DNA of 39,809 nucleotides from Acidobacteria bacterium CG_4_9_14_3_um_filter_49_7 (GCA_002789615.1 PFTO01000166.1:7883-47691); one strand, 5' to 3'; shown: positions 1-8,137, counted from the first letter of the stretch. The notes: generated from the letters alone by a model not told the origin. Numbers and translations: made by a program.

Positions 1-260
1 TCCACCCGCTTCTTCTCGTAGCGTTGCAAAACGTCCTGAAGTTCATCCATATCGGCGGGAATCACCATGCCGTTGTCCCGACACATCAAAAGAACACTGT
101 CCGGTAGCTCCTGCCACTTCTCACTGTGGCCGGGATCCGTCACCGAGCCAAAGTGCCGTGGCAACAGGCGCACCACAGCACCGGTCCTGGCGTTATACAC
201 AACCTGGAGTGTGCCTGCCATCTGGAAAAAGTGATTGTATCGGGACAATTTTTCCGTCAT
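1..260 (-). CDS. radical SAM/SPASM-family maturase-like protein, first 86 codons only (gene runs off the left edge)
   Basis: Not in the ORF track because no stop lies in the window. Minus-strand ATG at 260-258 opens a stop-free frame to position 1: MTEKLSRYNHFFQMAGTLQVVYNARTGAVVRLLPRHFGSVTDPGHSEKWQELPDSVLLMCRDNGMVIPADMDELQDVLQRYEKKRV. The pattern SRYN..F...G...vYN..TGA...L, then nG.v....DE...l...Y, is typical of the region before the CxxxCxxC motif in COG0641/AslB-like SPASM enzymes. The Fe-S motif itself is outside the window. Confidence 0.45.
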   Translation of the reverse strand, partial: MTEKLSRYNHFFQMAGTLQVVYNARTGAVVRLLPRHFGSVTDPGHSEKWQELPDSVLLMCRDNGMVIPADMDELQDVLQRYEKKRV

Positions 261-389
261 ATCGGCCTCACCGGACAAATCTAATGAACCGAAAGGTGTT
301 TGCGGTGCCCCCCACCACGTTCAAGTTGTACATTAGCAAAAGTATATCACAAGGATGCTGAGAAGTGTCACTGGAGGTAATGAAGAAAC

Positions 390-405
390 GTGTTCTGTGT
401 TCTGA
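390..405 (+). repeat. GTGTTCT x2 tandem heptamer (gtgttctgtgttctga); inverted copy of the TCAGAACAC core at 505-516
   Basis: Read directly from the sequence. 394-405 (tctgtgttctga) is the exact reverse complement of 505-516 (tcagaacacaga). Confidence 0.9.
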
Positions 406-501
406 AAGAAAGAAAAGAGGAGATGGGATCGTAATTTCAGGTAATTTCCAAACTATACCGCATTGATCCATTCTTGAATCTGATTCTCTCGCGTCTTTTT
501 C

Positions 502-540
502 CGGTCAGAACACAGAAAGCTGAACACTGAACACCTCTTT
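502..540 (-). repeat. TCAGAACAC-family intergenic element; minus strand reads AAAGAGGTGTTCAGTGTTCAGCTTTCTGTGTTCTGACCG
   Basis: It starts 1 nt after the stop of the minus-strand NifS-SelD gene. 520-540 is identical to 39522-39542 (21/21). 502-513 (cggtcagaacac) is identical to 10957-10968. Confidence 0.9.
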
Positions 541-541
541 A

Positions 542-2758
542 TCATTCATCATTCTTCACCCGTATCCGTCCACTTCCCGACACGAATCGGCCGATTTTTG
601 CGGCCGATTTTACCCCGGCGGATTTCAATGCAGCGACCAGCCTGTCCCCATCCGGCTCCGTCACGGCTATGAGGAGGCCACCTGAGGTCTGCGCGTCAGA
701 TAAGAGCAGGCGCTCCGTCTGGGGTATTTTCTCATCCCAATCCACACTGTTCTTCACATAAGCGAGGTTGTTCCGGGTACCGCCGGGAATCACGTCTGCC
801 ATGGCCAAATTCCGGACACCGGGGAGAATCGGCACTGCCTGCGACCAGATTTCCCCATCTACTTTTCCGTCGGTTATCATTTCAGAGAGGTGGCCCAGAA
901 GACCGAAACCGGTGACATCGGTACAGGCGTGAATCGCAAACGCCACCATTGTTTCGGCTGCCTTTTGATTCAGTTCTGCCATTGCTTCCACCGCAGGGGC
1001 AAAAGCCTTTTCGTCTATGGCACCCTGTTTCAAAGCCGTGGCGAGAATCCCAGTCCCGATGGGCTTGGTCAACAGCAGTGCGTCACCGGGTTTTGCCCCC
1101 GAGTTGGCCAGTATGCGATCCGGATGCACTGTTCCCACCACCGCCATCCCGAATTTGGGTTCACTATCATCAACAGAATGGCCTCCAAGAATACAAATCC
1201 CCGCTTCTTTTGCTTTGGCAGTTGCCCCCGCCAGTATGCGATCCAGCACGTCCACCGGCAGCCGGTCCACCGGAAAGCCTACAATATTCAACGCAAACAA
1301 CGGCTTACCGCCCATGGCGTAGATGTCGGACAGAGCGTTGGCGGCCGCTATGGCGCCAAACTGGAACGGATCGTCCACCACAGGTGTGAAGAAGTCTACG
1401 GTGGCGACCAGCGCGGTGTCGTCGTTTAGCCTGTAAACGGCTGCGTCATCTGTGGTATCCGCCCCCACAAGCACGTTGGGGTCGTCCGGAACCGGCATCT
1501 TTTTCAGAATGGCTTCCAGTACCTGGGGTTGAATTTTGCACGCGCACCCCATTCCACGGGTAAACCGGGTCAGACAAACCTTTTCTCCAGCCTTCGTTGG
1601 GACTTTCACGGTATCGCCATGGGGTTGGAGAGTTCGAACCGCTTCAAGAATTTCATCTGCCGCCTGGTCAATTTCACCCGTGGACGTCATCCGTCCGGTG
1701 GAAAATCGAACGGTTCCCATGGCATATTCCACCGGCACTCTCATGGCTTCCAGCACCGAGGACACGTCCACTCTGTCTGTGTGGCAGGCCGCCCCGGCAG
1801 AGGCCGCAACTCCTGTCAGCTCCGAAAGGAGCGTATTGGCTTCTACCCCCCGAAAGGAAATACTCAAGGTATTGGGTAGACGGTCAGTCGAATGGCCATT
1901 CACCCGGCACTCTTGAACTCCTTCCGTCAGCCTGTGCTCCAGCCTGTCCCTGAGTGCTGCCGAGTGGGCCATATCTTCTTCAAGACGGGCCATCGCCAGT
2001 TCACAGGCCTTTCCCAGCCCGGCAATTTCCAGGATGTTTTCGGTTCCGGCACGAAATCCCCGTTCGTGGTCTGCACCGTGAACTAGTTTTTCCAGCTTCA
2101 CGCCGCTTCGGATATATAGGGCTCCGATTCCCTTTGGTGCGTATAGTTTGTGTCCGGCAACAGACAGAAGATCCACCCCCGATTCATCCACATGAACCGG
2201 AATTTTACCCACTGCCTGAGCCGCGTCCGTGTGCAGGAGAACGCCCCTGTCATGGGCCAGTTTCGCGATTTTCCCAATAGGCTGAATCGTACCCACTTCG
2301 TTATTTGCCGTCATGATCGTGATGAGAGTTGTCTGTGGTGTAATGGCAGTTTCCACATCATCCACGGAAACCATCCCGGTCTCATCAACCGGCAATACGG
2401 TGACCCGGAATCCGTTTTTTTCCAGGAAACGACAGACCTCCAGAACTGCCGGATGCTCCACTGCGGACGTGATGATATGGTTTCCTCTTTCCCGGTACGC
2501 GAACGCTGCCCCTTTGATGGCATAATTGTTGGATTCGGAGCCGCCGCTGGTAAATACCACTTCGTCAGGCCGACACCTGATTAACGCAGCCACCTGCCGC
2601 CGGGCTATTTCAACCGCATGCTTCGCTTCCATGCCGAAAGAATGGGAACTGGATGGGTTCCCGAACACGCCGTCAAGGAAGGGGCGCATAACTGCCGCAA
2701 CCGCAGGGTCAATGGGAGTTGTTGCGTTGTAATCGAGATAAATCGGTTTATTTTTCAT
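542..2758 (-). CDS. selD: fusion protein: NifS/IscS-like PLP-dependent cysteine desulfurase / selenocysteine lyase (N-terminal) plus selenophosphate synthetase SelD (C-terminal)
   Basis: 738-aa ORF. The N half carries class V aminotransferase/NifS hallmarks (IYLDYNATTP, SGGSESNN, SVAGHKLYAPKGIGALY). The C half is SelD (GMGCACKIQP glycine-rich loop, DDAAVY, VDFFTPVVDDPF, DIYAMGG, TDVTGFGLLGH, SGGLL). The SelD catalytic residue is Cys (TGC at 1546-1544), not TGA/Sec. Confidence 0.9.
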   Translation of the reverse strand: MKNKPIYLDYNATTPIDPAVAAVMRPFLDGVFGNPSSSHSFGMEAKHAVEIARRQVAALIRCRPDEVVFTSGGSESNNYAIKGAAFAYRERGNHIITSAVEHPAVLEVCRFLEKNGFRVTVLPVDETGMVSVDDVETAITPQTTLITIMTANNEVGTIQPIGKIAKLAHDRGVLLHTDAAQAVGKIPVHVDESGVDLLSVAGHKLYAPKGIGALYIRSGVKLEKLVHGADHERGFRAGTENILEIAGLGKACELAMARLEEDMAHSAALRDRLEHRLTEGVQECRVNGHSTDRLPNTLSISFRGVEANTLLSELTGVAASAGAACHTDRVDVSSVLEAMRVPVEYAMGTVRFSTGRMTSTGEIDQAADEILEAVRTLQPHGDTVKVPTKAGEKVCLTRFTRGMGCACKIQPQVLEAILKKMPVPDDPNVLVGADTTDDAAVYRLNDDTALVATVDFFTPVVDDPFQFGAIAAANALSDIYAMGGKPLFALNIVGFPVDRLPVDVLDRILAGATAKAKEAGICILGGHSVDDSEPKFGMAVVGTVHPDRILANSGAKPGDALLLTKPIGTGILATALKQGAIDEKAFAPAVEAMAELNQKAAETMVAFAIHACTDVTGFGLLGHLSEMITDGKVDGEIWSQAVPILPGVRNLAMADVIPGGTRNNLAYVKNSVDWDEKIPQTERLLLSDAQTSGGLLIAVTEPDGDRLVAALKSAGVKSAAKIGRFVSGSGRIRVKNDE

Positions 2759-2766
2759 GGTCCTGC

Positions 2767-3348
2767 CTATTTCTGAAGTTTTTCGGCAAAGGTCGTCAAG
2801 AGTCCGCCGAGTTGCTCCGCCTTAGCGGCGAGACGGCTGTCTGTCAGTTTTCCTTCGGGGGAAAACACCTTGTGGGCGTGAGGAACCGCCACTTGCTCCG
2901 GAATCACCATTACCTGGAGGTTGGACAACAGCGTCCTCAGGTGCTGCAGACCCCGAACGCCCCCCAGTCCGCCGGGGGAAGCTGCCATGATGGCCGCGAC
3001 CTTACCCTTGAACGGAACCGGCGGGTTCTCCTCTGCAACGGGTCGGGACAACCAATCCAGCGTATTTTTCAACACACCGGAAAAAAAGCCGTTGTACTCC
3101 GGCGAGGCAATCAGAAAACCGTCTGCCTCGGCGAACAGCGCCTTCAGGCGGATTGCCGCTTCCGGAATGCCCTCCACCGTCTCCAGGTCACCATCGTACA
3201 GGGGCATGGGAAAATAATTCAGATGGATTTCTGTCACACGGGCACCCCTGGCCGACGCACCCTGAATGGCGTTGGAAAGCAGCATGCGGTTGAAAGAATC
3301 CGCCCTTGTACTTCCGCTGAAAGCCAGAAAGTTTATTTCGTGGTTCAT
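2767..3348 (-). CDS. NAD(P)H-dependent FMN reductase family oxidoreductase
   Basis: 193-aa ORF with AAGGAG RBS. The N-terminus FLAFSGSTRADSFN plus SPEYNG are typical of the FMN_red family. Its stop lies only 8 nt upstream of the NifS-SelD start, so it is likely co-transcribed. Confidence 0.8.
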   Translation of the reverse strand: MNHEINFLAFSGSTRADSFNRMLLSNAIQGASARGARVTEIHLNYFPMPLYDGDLETVEGIPEAAIRLKALFAEADGFLIASPEYNGFFSGVLKNTLDWLSRPVAEENPPVPFKGKVAAIMAASPGGLGGVRGLQHLRTLLSNLQVMVIPEQVAVPHAHKVFSPEGKLTDSRLAAKAEQLGGLLTTFAEKLQK

Positions 3349-3379
3349 TGCTTTCTCCTTTTCCAGGTATCGGTCGGCC

Positions 3380-4594
3380 TCAGTATATGCGGGGCGGTGT
3401 GTAGTCGGTTTTCGGGTTGACTTTTACTCCATATGAACTGCTCCAGAGATCGGCAAAGAGCTTGTCCAGTGTTTCCGCAATATTCCGGTCTTTGATTACG
3501 AGTTCCAGGTTTCGGGATGAATAGAAATAATCGTAGCCCCAGTTGCTGGTGCCCACCCAGCAGACATCATCGTCCACCCGCATTACCTTGGAATGGATCA
3601 CCCGTGCGTAGGGGATGAATCCTTCTTTTGATGGCGGAATCGTCACAAACTTAATGGTAATCCCGGGTACACCGGCCAGGGATTTTAAGTCGGCAATCGC
3701 CGGTTTCCGTTTATTCCAGTCGGATACCATCATTTGAATTCGGACACCTCTTGCAGCAGCGGCACGAAGGGCGTTGTCAATATCAAGAAACCGTGTTTTT
3801 GAACGATGACGGTAGGTCGAATAGGTGAGTAGCTGAATGGTAATCTTCTCTTTCGCCCCCCTGATAAGGTTCAGCAATTCCGGCAATGCCGAGTCAATCC
3901 CCGGCGGATTGGTTTTCCCCGGGCTTGCCACCAGCTGGAGCTTCTGGGAAAAATGAATCGGTTTCAGCTTCTTCAATTCCCGGTAGGCACCCGTATCTCC
4001 ACCTGAAAAATTCCAGTCCCCATTGAAAATCTCTGAAATTCCATCAACTACCGCAGGATCGGTAACCTTCACACCGGTTTCGTGAATATGTTTCAGGGAC
4101 CGCCAGTCAAAGTTCTGGCTACCTATGTATGCGGACGTCCCATCCACGACAAAATACTTGCCATGGAGTACTCCCCCGGTAAACTTTCCCCAGTCGAAAA
4201 TTCTCACGGGGATTTTCGCCTTGCGAAAACCGTCAATCAGGTCAACGGAATTCTTCTCCATCTTTTTATCTGTGAGAATCCGAATGGACACTCCCCTTTT
4301 TTTTGCCTGCAAAACGGCATTGACCACTCGCTTCAGCGGCATCTTGTCGCCACCGTTGAGATAAAATTCTCCGAAATCCAGTGTCTTTTCAGCGCCATCA
4401 ATCATTTTCACCCAGGTGTCCACGGCAGAGGGTGTAATTCCCCGCTTCAATGCAGTCTCCACTGGAATTGTCGTCACCACGGTGACAGAACTGAGGTGCT
4501 TTGCCGGGATCGGGACCGTCCCCGCTGACAGCCATATTGTTGATATCCCCAGCCACAGAAACAGGCTTTTCTTCAACAAGCTGGCAAACTTCAT
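3380..4594 (-). CDS. secreted phospholipase D-family protein (two HKD motifs)
   Basis: 404 aa with an N-terminal signal-like segment (MKFASLLKKSLFLWLGISTIWLSAG). Two HxK(x)4D motifs are present: HGKYFVVDGTSAYIGSQNF and HSKVMRVDDDVCWVGTSNW. GGAGGA RBS. Confidence 0.85.
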   Translation of the reverse strand: MKFASLLKKSLFLWLGISTIWLSAGTVPIPAKHLSSVTVVTTIPVETALKRGITPSAVDTWVKMIDGAEKTLDFGEFYLNGGDKMPLKRVVNAVLQAKKRGVSIRILTDKKMEKNSVDLIDGFRKAKIPVRIFDWGKFTGGVLHGKYFVVDGTSAYIGSQNFDWRSLKHIHETGVKVTDPAVVDGISEIFNGDWNFSGGDTGAYRELKKLKPIHFSQKLQLVASPGKTNPPGIDSALPELLNLIRGAKEKITIQLLTYSTYRHRSKTRFLDIDNALRAAAARGVRIQMMVSDWNKRKPAIADLKSLAGVPGITIKFVTIPPSKEGFIPYARVIHSKVMRVDDDVCWVGTSNWGYDYFYSSRNLELVIKDRNIAETLDKLFADLWSSSYGVKVNPKTDYTPPRIY

Positions 4595-4764
4595 ATCTTC
4601 CTCCAGAATTGCTCTTCCATATCACAATAACTACCACGAACCGCTACTATTGTCAAAGACTGGAGAGTATTTGCAAAACTGAATCAGGGCAAGGAATTTA
4701 CCCATTTCAACTCAACATCTGTCACCCTTCATCCTTCGCCTTTTATTCATCTTGAGTTTTCCTC

Positions 4765-4792
4765 TTGACAGTAGAGAGAAGATGGCTATAAT
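4765..4792 (+). promoter_or_regulatory. sigma70-type promoter for the initiator tRNA (TTGACA-16 nt-TATAAT)
   Basis: Consensus hexamers at 4765-4770 and 4787-4792, about 14 nt upstream of the mature tRNA 5' end. Confidence 0.6.
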
Positions 4793-4805
4793 AGGTATCC
4801 GGTGA

Positions 4806-4882
4806 CGCGGGGTAGAGCAGTCAGGTAGCTCGTCGGGCTCATAACCCGGAGGCCGTGGGTTCAAATCCCACCCCCGCTACCA
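4806..4882 (+). tRNA. initiator tRNA-fMet (anticodon CAU), CCA encoded
   Basis: A 77-nt cloverleaf was folded by hand. Acceptor CGCGGGG/CCCCGCT with an unpaired 1:72 position, D arm GAGC/GCTC, anticodon arm TCGGG-CTCATAA-CCCGG with three consecutive G:C pairs, T arm GTGGG-TTCAAAT-CCCAC, then A73 and CCA. It is close to the E. coli tRNA-fMet sequence. Confidence 0.92.
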
Positions 4883-5010
4883 ATTTTCAAATGCAACGCT
4901 CCTGAAGAGTGGGGTTTTTTGTCTTTGGTACAGGTTTTCTTGACGCCGGGACAATTGCTGTGATACAGTCAAACGCTGTGTGATGAGATTTCGAGGGAGG
5001 ATTTTGGAAC

Positions 5011-5322
5011 ATGTACGCAATAGTAGAAACCCAGGGCAAGCAGCATAAGGTAATCGAAGGCCAGATTCTCATCGTTGACCGGTTGCTGGCAGATGAAGGC
5101 AGCACCATTGATTTGGAAAAGGTAAGGCTGCTGGGAAAGGACGACAGTGTAGAAGTTGGTACCCCGTATGTGGATGGTGCCAACGTTACAGCCAAAGTCC
5201 TGGAACACAAAAAAGGCAAAAAGGTTCTTGTGTTCAAGAAGAAAAAACGGAAACAGTATAAGCGGATGAAAGGTCATCGCCAATTGCTGACTGTTTTGAA
5301 AATTGAAGGAATCAAGGGGTAA
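5011..5322 (+). CDS. rplU: 50S ribosomal protein L21
   Basis: MYAIVETQGKQHKV... is the canonical L21 N-terminus. 103 aa with a GAGGGAGG RBS. Confidence 0.95.
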   Translation: MYAIVETQGKQHKVIEGQILIVDRLLADEGSTIDLEKVRLLGKDDSVEVGTPYVDGANVTAKVLEHKKGKKVLVFKKKKRKQYKRMKGHRQLLTVLKIEGIKG

Positions 5323-5325
5323 GTA

Positions 5326-5586
5326 ATGGCTCATAAGAAAGGACAGGGAAGTTCCCGAAACGGCAGAGACAGTAACGCCCAGCGACTCGGCGTGAAACGC
5401 CAGGACGGCCAGCTGATCAATGCCGGGACCATTATTGTTCGCCAGCGTGGTACCCATTTCAAACCGGGTGAAAACGTTGGCCGTGGCAAAGATGACACGT
5501 TGTTTGCATTGTCTACCGGCGTTGTCCGCTTCCGTGACCGGGGCCGACTCGGCAAATATGTAACCATAACAGAAGCGCTTCACTAA
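5326..5586 (+). CDS. rpmA: 50S ribosomal protein L27
   Basis: [24 protein letters not shown] is the canonical L27 N-terminus. 86 aa. Confidence 0.95.
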   Translation: MAHKKGQGSSRNGRDSNAQRLGVKRQDGQLINAGTIIVRQRGTHFKPGENVGRGKDDTLFALSTGVVRFRDRGRLGKYVTITEALH

Positions 5587-5606
5587 TTCTGTTTTCTTGA
5601 CCTATT

Positions 5607-5634
5607 GGGGGGCCTAGTGCCCCCCTTTGTTGTT
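5607..5634 (+). terminator. intrinsic terminator/attenuator after rplU-rpmA
   Basis: GGGGGGC (5607-5613) / GCCCCCC (5619-5625) form a 7-bp GC stem with a 5-nt loop, followed by TTTGTTGTTT. Confidence 0.75.
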
Positions 5635-5647
5635 TCAGGCGGTTTTT

Positions 5648-6721
5648 ATGTTTGTAGATGAAATGAAAATGATTATCCAGGCGGGCAGCGGCGGGAACGG
5701 CTGCATGAGTTTCCGACGGGAAAAGTATGTTCCAAAGGGCGGTCCTGATGGCGGAGACGGCGGAGACGGCGGAAACGTGATTTTTGAAGGCCATGCCGGC
5801 ATGAACAGCCTGACCCGCTTGCGCCAGCGCCAGCACTACCGTGGGGAAAGAGGTGAACACGGCAAAGGGAAGGACATGCACGGACGAAACGGCCTCCCCT
5901 GTATCGTCAAGGTCCCCATTGGCACAATTGTGCGGGACGCGGAGACTGCAGAACTACTGGCTGAAATCCTCGAAGATGGCCAGCAGGTTGTGATTCAGAA
6001 AGGCGGGAGAGGGGGAAAGGGAAACGCACGGTTCTCCTCCGCAACCAACCGGGCTCCCCGGTATTCTGAAGATGGCCATCTGGTTGAACCCATTGCCATC
6101 CGGCTGGAACTGAAACTGATCGCGGATGTGGCCCTGGTGGGCTATCCAAACGCCGGGAAATCCACACTTATTTCCCGCATTTCCAGCGCCAGGCCAAAGG
6201 TAGATGAGTATGAATTCACGACGCTTCACCCCAACCTGGGTGTCGTGTCTTATGATGATTTCAAGTCTTTTCTCGTTGCGGACATCCCTGGCCTGATTGA
6301 AGGGGCCGCTGAAGGTCGGGGACTTGGAATCAAATTTCTTCGCCATATTGAACGAACCCGCATTCTCCTCCATCTACTGGACGGGGCAACGCCACACGGC
6401 TCACTGGTCGAGGAATTCCAGACCATTCGGGAAGAGGTGAAGAAGTTCAATCCCGACATGCTGAATCGCCATTTTGCCGTCGCAGTAAACAAGATGGACA
6501 GCCTTGGTTCCCAGGATGAACTGGAAGAAATCAGTCAATTCTGCCGGGAAAATCAGATCCCGCTTTTCCGAATTTCAGCTGTGACTGGAGAGGGGCTTGA
6601 AACATTGGTACAAGAACTGGGACACATGGTTGAGTCCTCCCGGCCGGCTCCCACAACGAGAGAGTTAATACAGCCAAAGGAAGAGCCAGGCCTGAAGAAC
6701 GATTTTCTGAACGAGGTATAG
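5648..6721 (+). CDS. obg: GTPase Obg/CgtA
   Basis: MFVDEMKMIIQAGSGGNGCMSFRREKYVPKGGPDGGDGG is the Obg fold N-terminus. G motifs GYPNAGKST and DIPGLIEGA are present. I prefer the ATG at 5648 over the track start at 5627, which overlaps the terminator hairpin. Confidence 0.95.
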   Translation: MFVDEMKMIIQAGSGGNGCMSFRREKYVPKGGPDGGDGGDGGNVIFEGHAGMNSLTRLRQRQHYRGERGEHGKGKDMHGRNGLPCIVKVPIGTIVRDAETAELLAEILEDGQQVVIQKGGRGGKGNARFSSATNRAPRYSEDGHLVEPIAIRLELKLIADVALVGYPNAGKSTLISRISSARPKVDEYEFTTLHPNLGVVSYDDFKSFLVADIPGLIEGAAEGRGLGIKFLRHIERTRILLHLLDGATPHGSLVEEFQTIREEVKKFNPDMLNRHFAVAVNKMDSLGSQDELEEISQFCRENQIPLFRISAVTGEGLETLVQELGHMVESSRPAPTTRELIQPKEEPGLKNDFLNEV

Positions 6722-7348
6722 ATGATCGGCTACTACGGCGGAAGCTTTGATCCCATTCACAATGGCCATGTGGAGATTGCTCGGTTTATTGCCGGCTTTG
6801 AGGCCGTCGATTCTGTTTGTTTTGTTCCTGCTGCCACCCATCCCCTTGGAAAAAAGATCTCTTCGTTTTCCCACCGCATCGAAATGACACGACTGGCTGT
6901 AAAGGGAATTGCGGGATTGAGTGTCTCGGATATGGATAACGGCAATGCTGGCCCATGCTACACGATCGATCTGTTGAATCGTCTGAAAAAGTCAGGTAAG
7001 AAACCTTTTTTCTTCATCGCTGGAATGGACAACCTGAATCAGCTCTTTGAATGGAAAGGCTGGGAACAGCTCCTTCAGACCTTTCCCATTGTCTTCACGA
7101 CACGGGCGGGATTGGATGTAGACGAAGCCGCTTTGAATCGGATTTTCAACGCAACCGGAAGAAACATCACACCATCAGAACGAATTGAAGCCGATTTTTC
7201 AGGCTCCACACTGCTGAGAGTACCGGATTATGCAATTTCTTCCAGCGAAATTCGCAAAATGATTTTGAACGGAGAATCACCATCTGGTATGATTAATTCG
7301 GATGTACTTGATTACATAGATACACATGATTTATACAGGAAGGGGTGA
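6722..7348 (+). CDS. nadD: nicotinate-nucleotide adenylyltransferase
   Basis: GGSFDPIHNGH nucleotidyltransferase motif and an ISSSEIR C-terminal motif. It sits in the conserved position after obg. Confidence 0.9.
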   Translation: MIGYYGGSFDPIHNGHVEIARFIAGFEAVDSVCFVPAATHPLGKKISSFSHRIEMTRLAVKGIAGLSVSDMDNGNAGPCYTIDLLNRLKKSGKKPFFFIAGMDNLNQLFEWKGWEQLLQTFPIVFTTRAGLDVDEAALNRIFNATGRNITPSERIEADFSGSTLLRVPDYAISSSEIRKMILNGESPSGMINSDVLDYIDTHDLYRKG

Positions 7349-7350
7349 AC

Positions 7351-7683
7351 ATGGGATTGTTGGATAACATTATCCAGGCAGCAGAGGAAAAGAAGGCCGA
7401 GAATATTTCAGTCCTGAAAGTGACTGAACTTACGACAATTGCAGACTTTTTCTTCATCACCAGCGGATCATCGGTACCACAAAATCAGGCAATCGCCGAT
7501 GAAATACTGAAAAATGCCGGGCAAAAACCGCTTAATATGGAGGGATACGACCTGGCAGACTGGATTTTAATTGATTTTGGAGATATTATTGTCCATATTT
7601 TCACCGAGGAGAAGCGGGCAACTTACAATCTGGAAAGTCTGTGGGCAGATGCCGAGAAGTTGATCCGGCGAAATGAAGATTAG
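7351..7683 (+). CDS. rsfS: ribosome silencing factor RsfS (iojap family)
   Basis: About 110 aa. The WILIDFGDIIVHIF..E.R..Y.LE.LW motif is typical of RsfS. The ATG at 7351 follows AGGAAGGGG; the track start at 7345 is a GTG two codons upstream. Confidence 0.88.
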   Translation: MGLLDNIIQAAEEKKAENISVLKVTELTTIADFFFITSGSSVPQNQAIADEILKNAGQKPLNMEGYDLADWILIDFGDIIVHIFTEEKRATYNLESLWADAEKLIRRNED

Positions 7684-8134
7684 CACGATCTGGCCGGGAA
7701 AAACCCGGAACCGTCACCTGAAGGATCTGGAAGATGATTACCTGAATCGGGTGAATCGGTTTAATCGCGTGGAGCGCGTGGCCCTTAGGGAGAGTCGGGA
7801 AACAGATGCCGTTCGCCGTACTGCAGCAGAAACTATCGGTTTTTTGAATCATCTATCCACAGGGGACGACCCGATTTTGGTGGATGAAGGGGGGAAACGG
7901 ATGACATCCCGTGAGTTTGCAAATTTCATTGAAAAAAAGCTGACCTACGGCAGTCATGATCCGTTGTTCATGGTGGGAGGAGAAAACGGTTTCGGCACGG
8001 AAATTCGGGAAAAAGGATTTGAATCCATTTCGCTTTCTCCTATGACTCTAACCCATGAGTGGGCACGATGCCTGTTGCTGGAACAGCTGTATCGGGCTTT
8101 TACTATCATCCGGAACATCCGGTACCAGAGGTAA
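7673..8134 (+). CDS. rlmH: 23S rRNA (pseudouridine1915-N3)-methyltransferase RlmH
   Basis: 153 aa of the SPOUT family, with the FMVGGENGF and LSLSPMTLTHE motifs. It overlaps the rsfS end as in many bacteria. Confidence 0.9.
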   Translation: MKISTIWPGKTRNRHLKDLEDDYLNRVNRFNRVERVALRESRETDAVRRTAAETIGFLNHLSTGDDPILVDEGGKRMTSREFANFIEKKLTYGSHDPLFMVGGENGFGTEIREKGFESISLSPMTLTHEWARCLLLEQLYRAFTIIRNIRYQR

Positions 8135-8137
8135 ACC

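Noticed and set aside
268-471. 67-aa ORF upstream of the radical-SAM fragment as a bona fide protein
   Set aside because: It has no RBS, spans the GAACAC repeat elements and the inverted repeat, and its composition is not peptide-precursor-like. It is kept only as a weak hypothesis in the findings.
1538-1546. Selenocysteine (TGA) at the SelD active site
   Set aside because: I checked the codons. GCACK is encoded as tgc-gcg-tgc-aaa on the minus strand, so this is a Cys-type SelD with no recoding.
890-2732. Plus-strand ORFs antisense to the NifS-SelD gene (890..1429, 1529..1953, 2150..2584 and others)
   Set aside because: These are antisense shadow frames of a gene with unambiguous homology on the minus strand.
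4883-4925. Terminator after the tRNA (agtgggg + TTTTTT at ~4907-4919)
   Set aside because: Only a weak or long-range stem can be drawn, partly using the tRNA acceptor strand. The T tract is real, but I could not support a confident hairpin.
5627-5647. Upstream start (5627) of obg from the ORF track
   Set aside because: It would place the first codons inside the rpmA terminator hairpin and T tract. The Obg family consensus begins at MFVDE (ATG at 5648).
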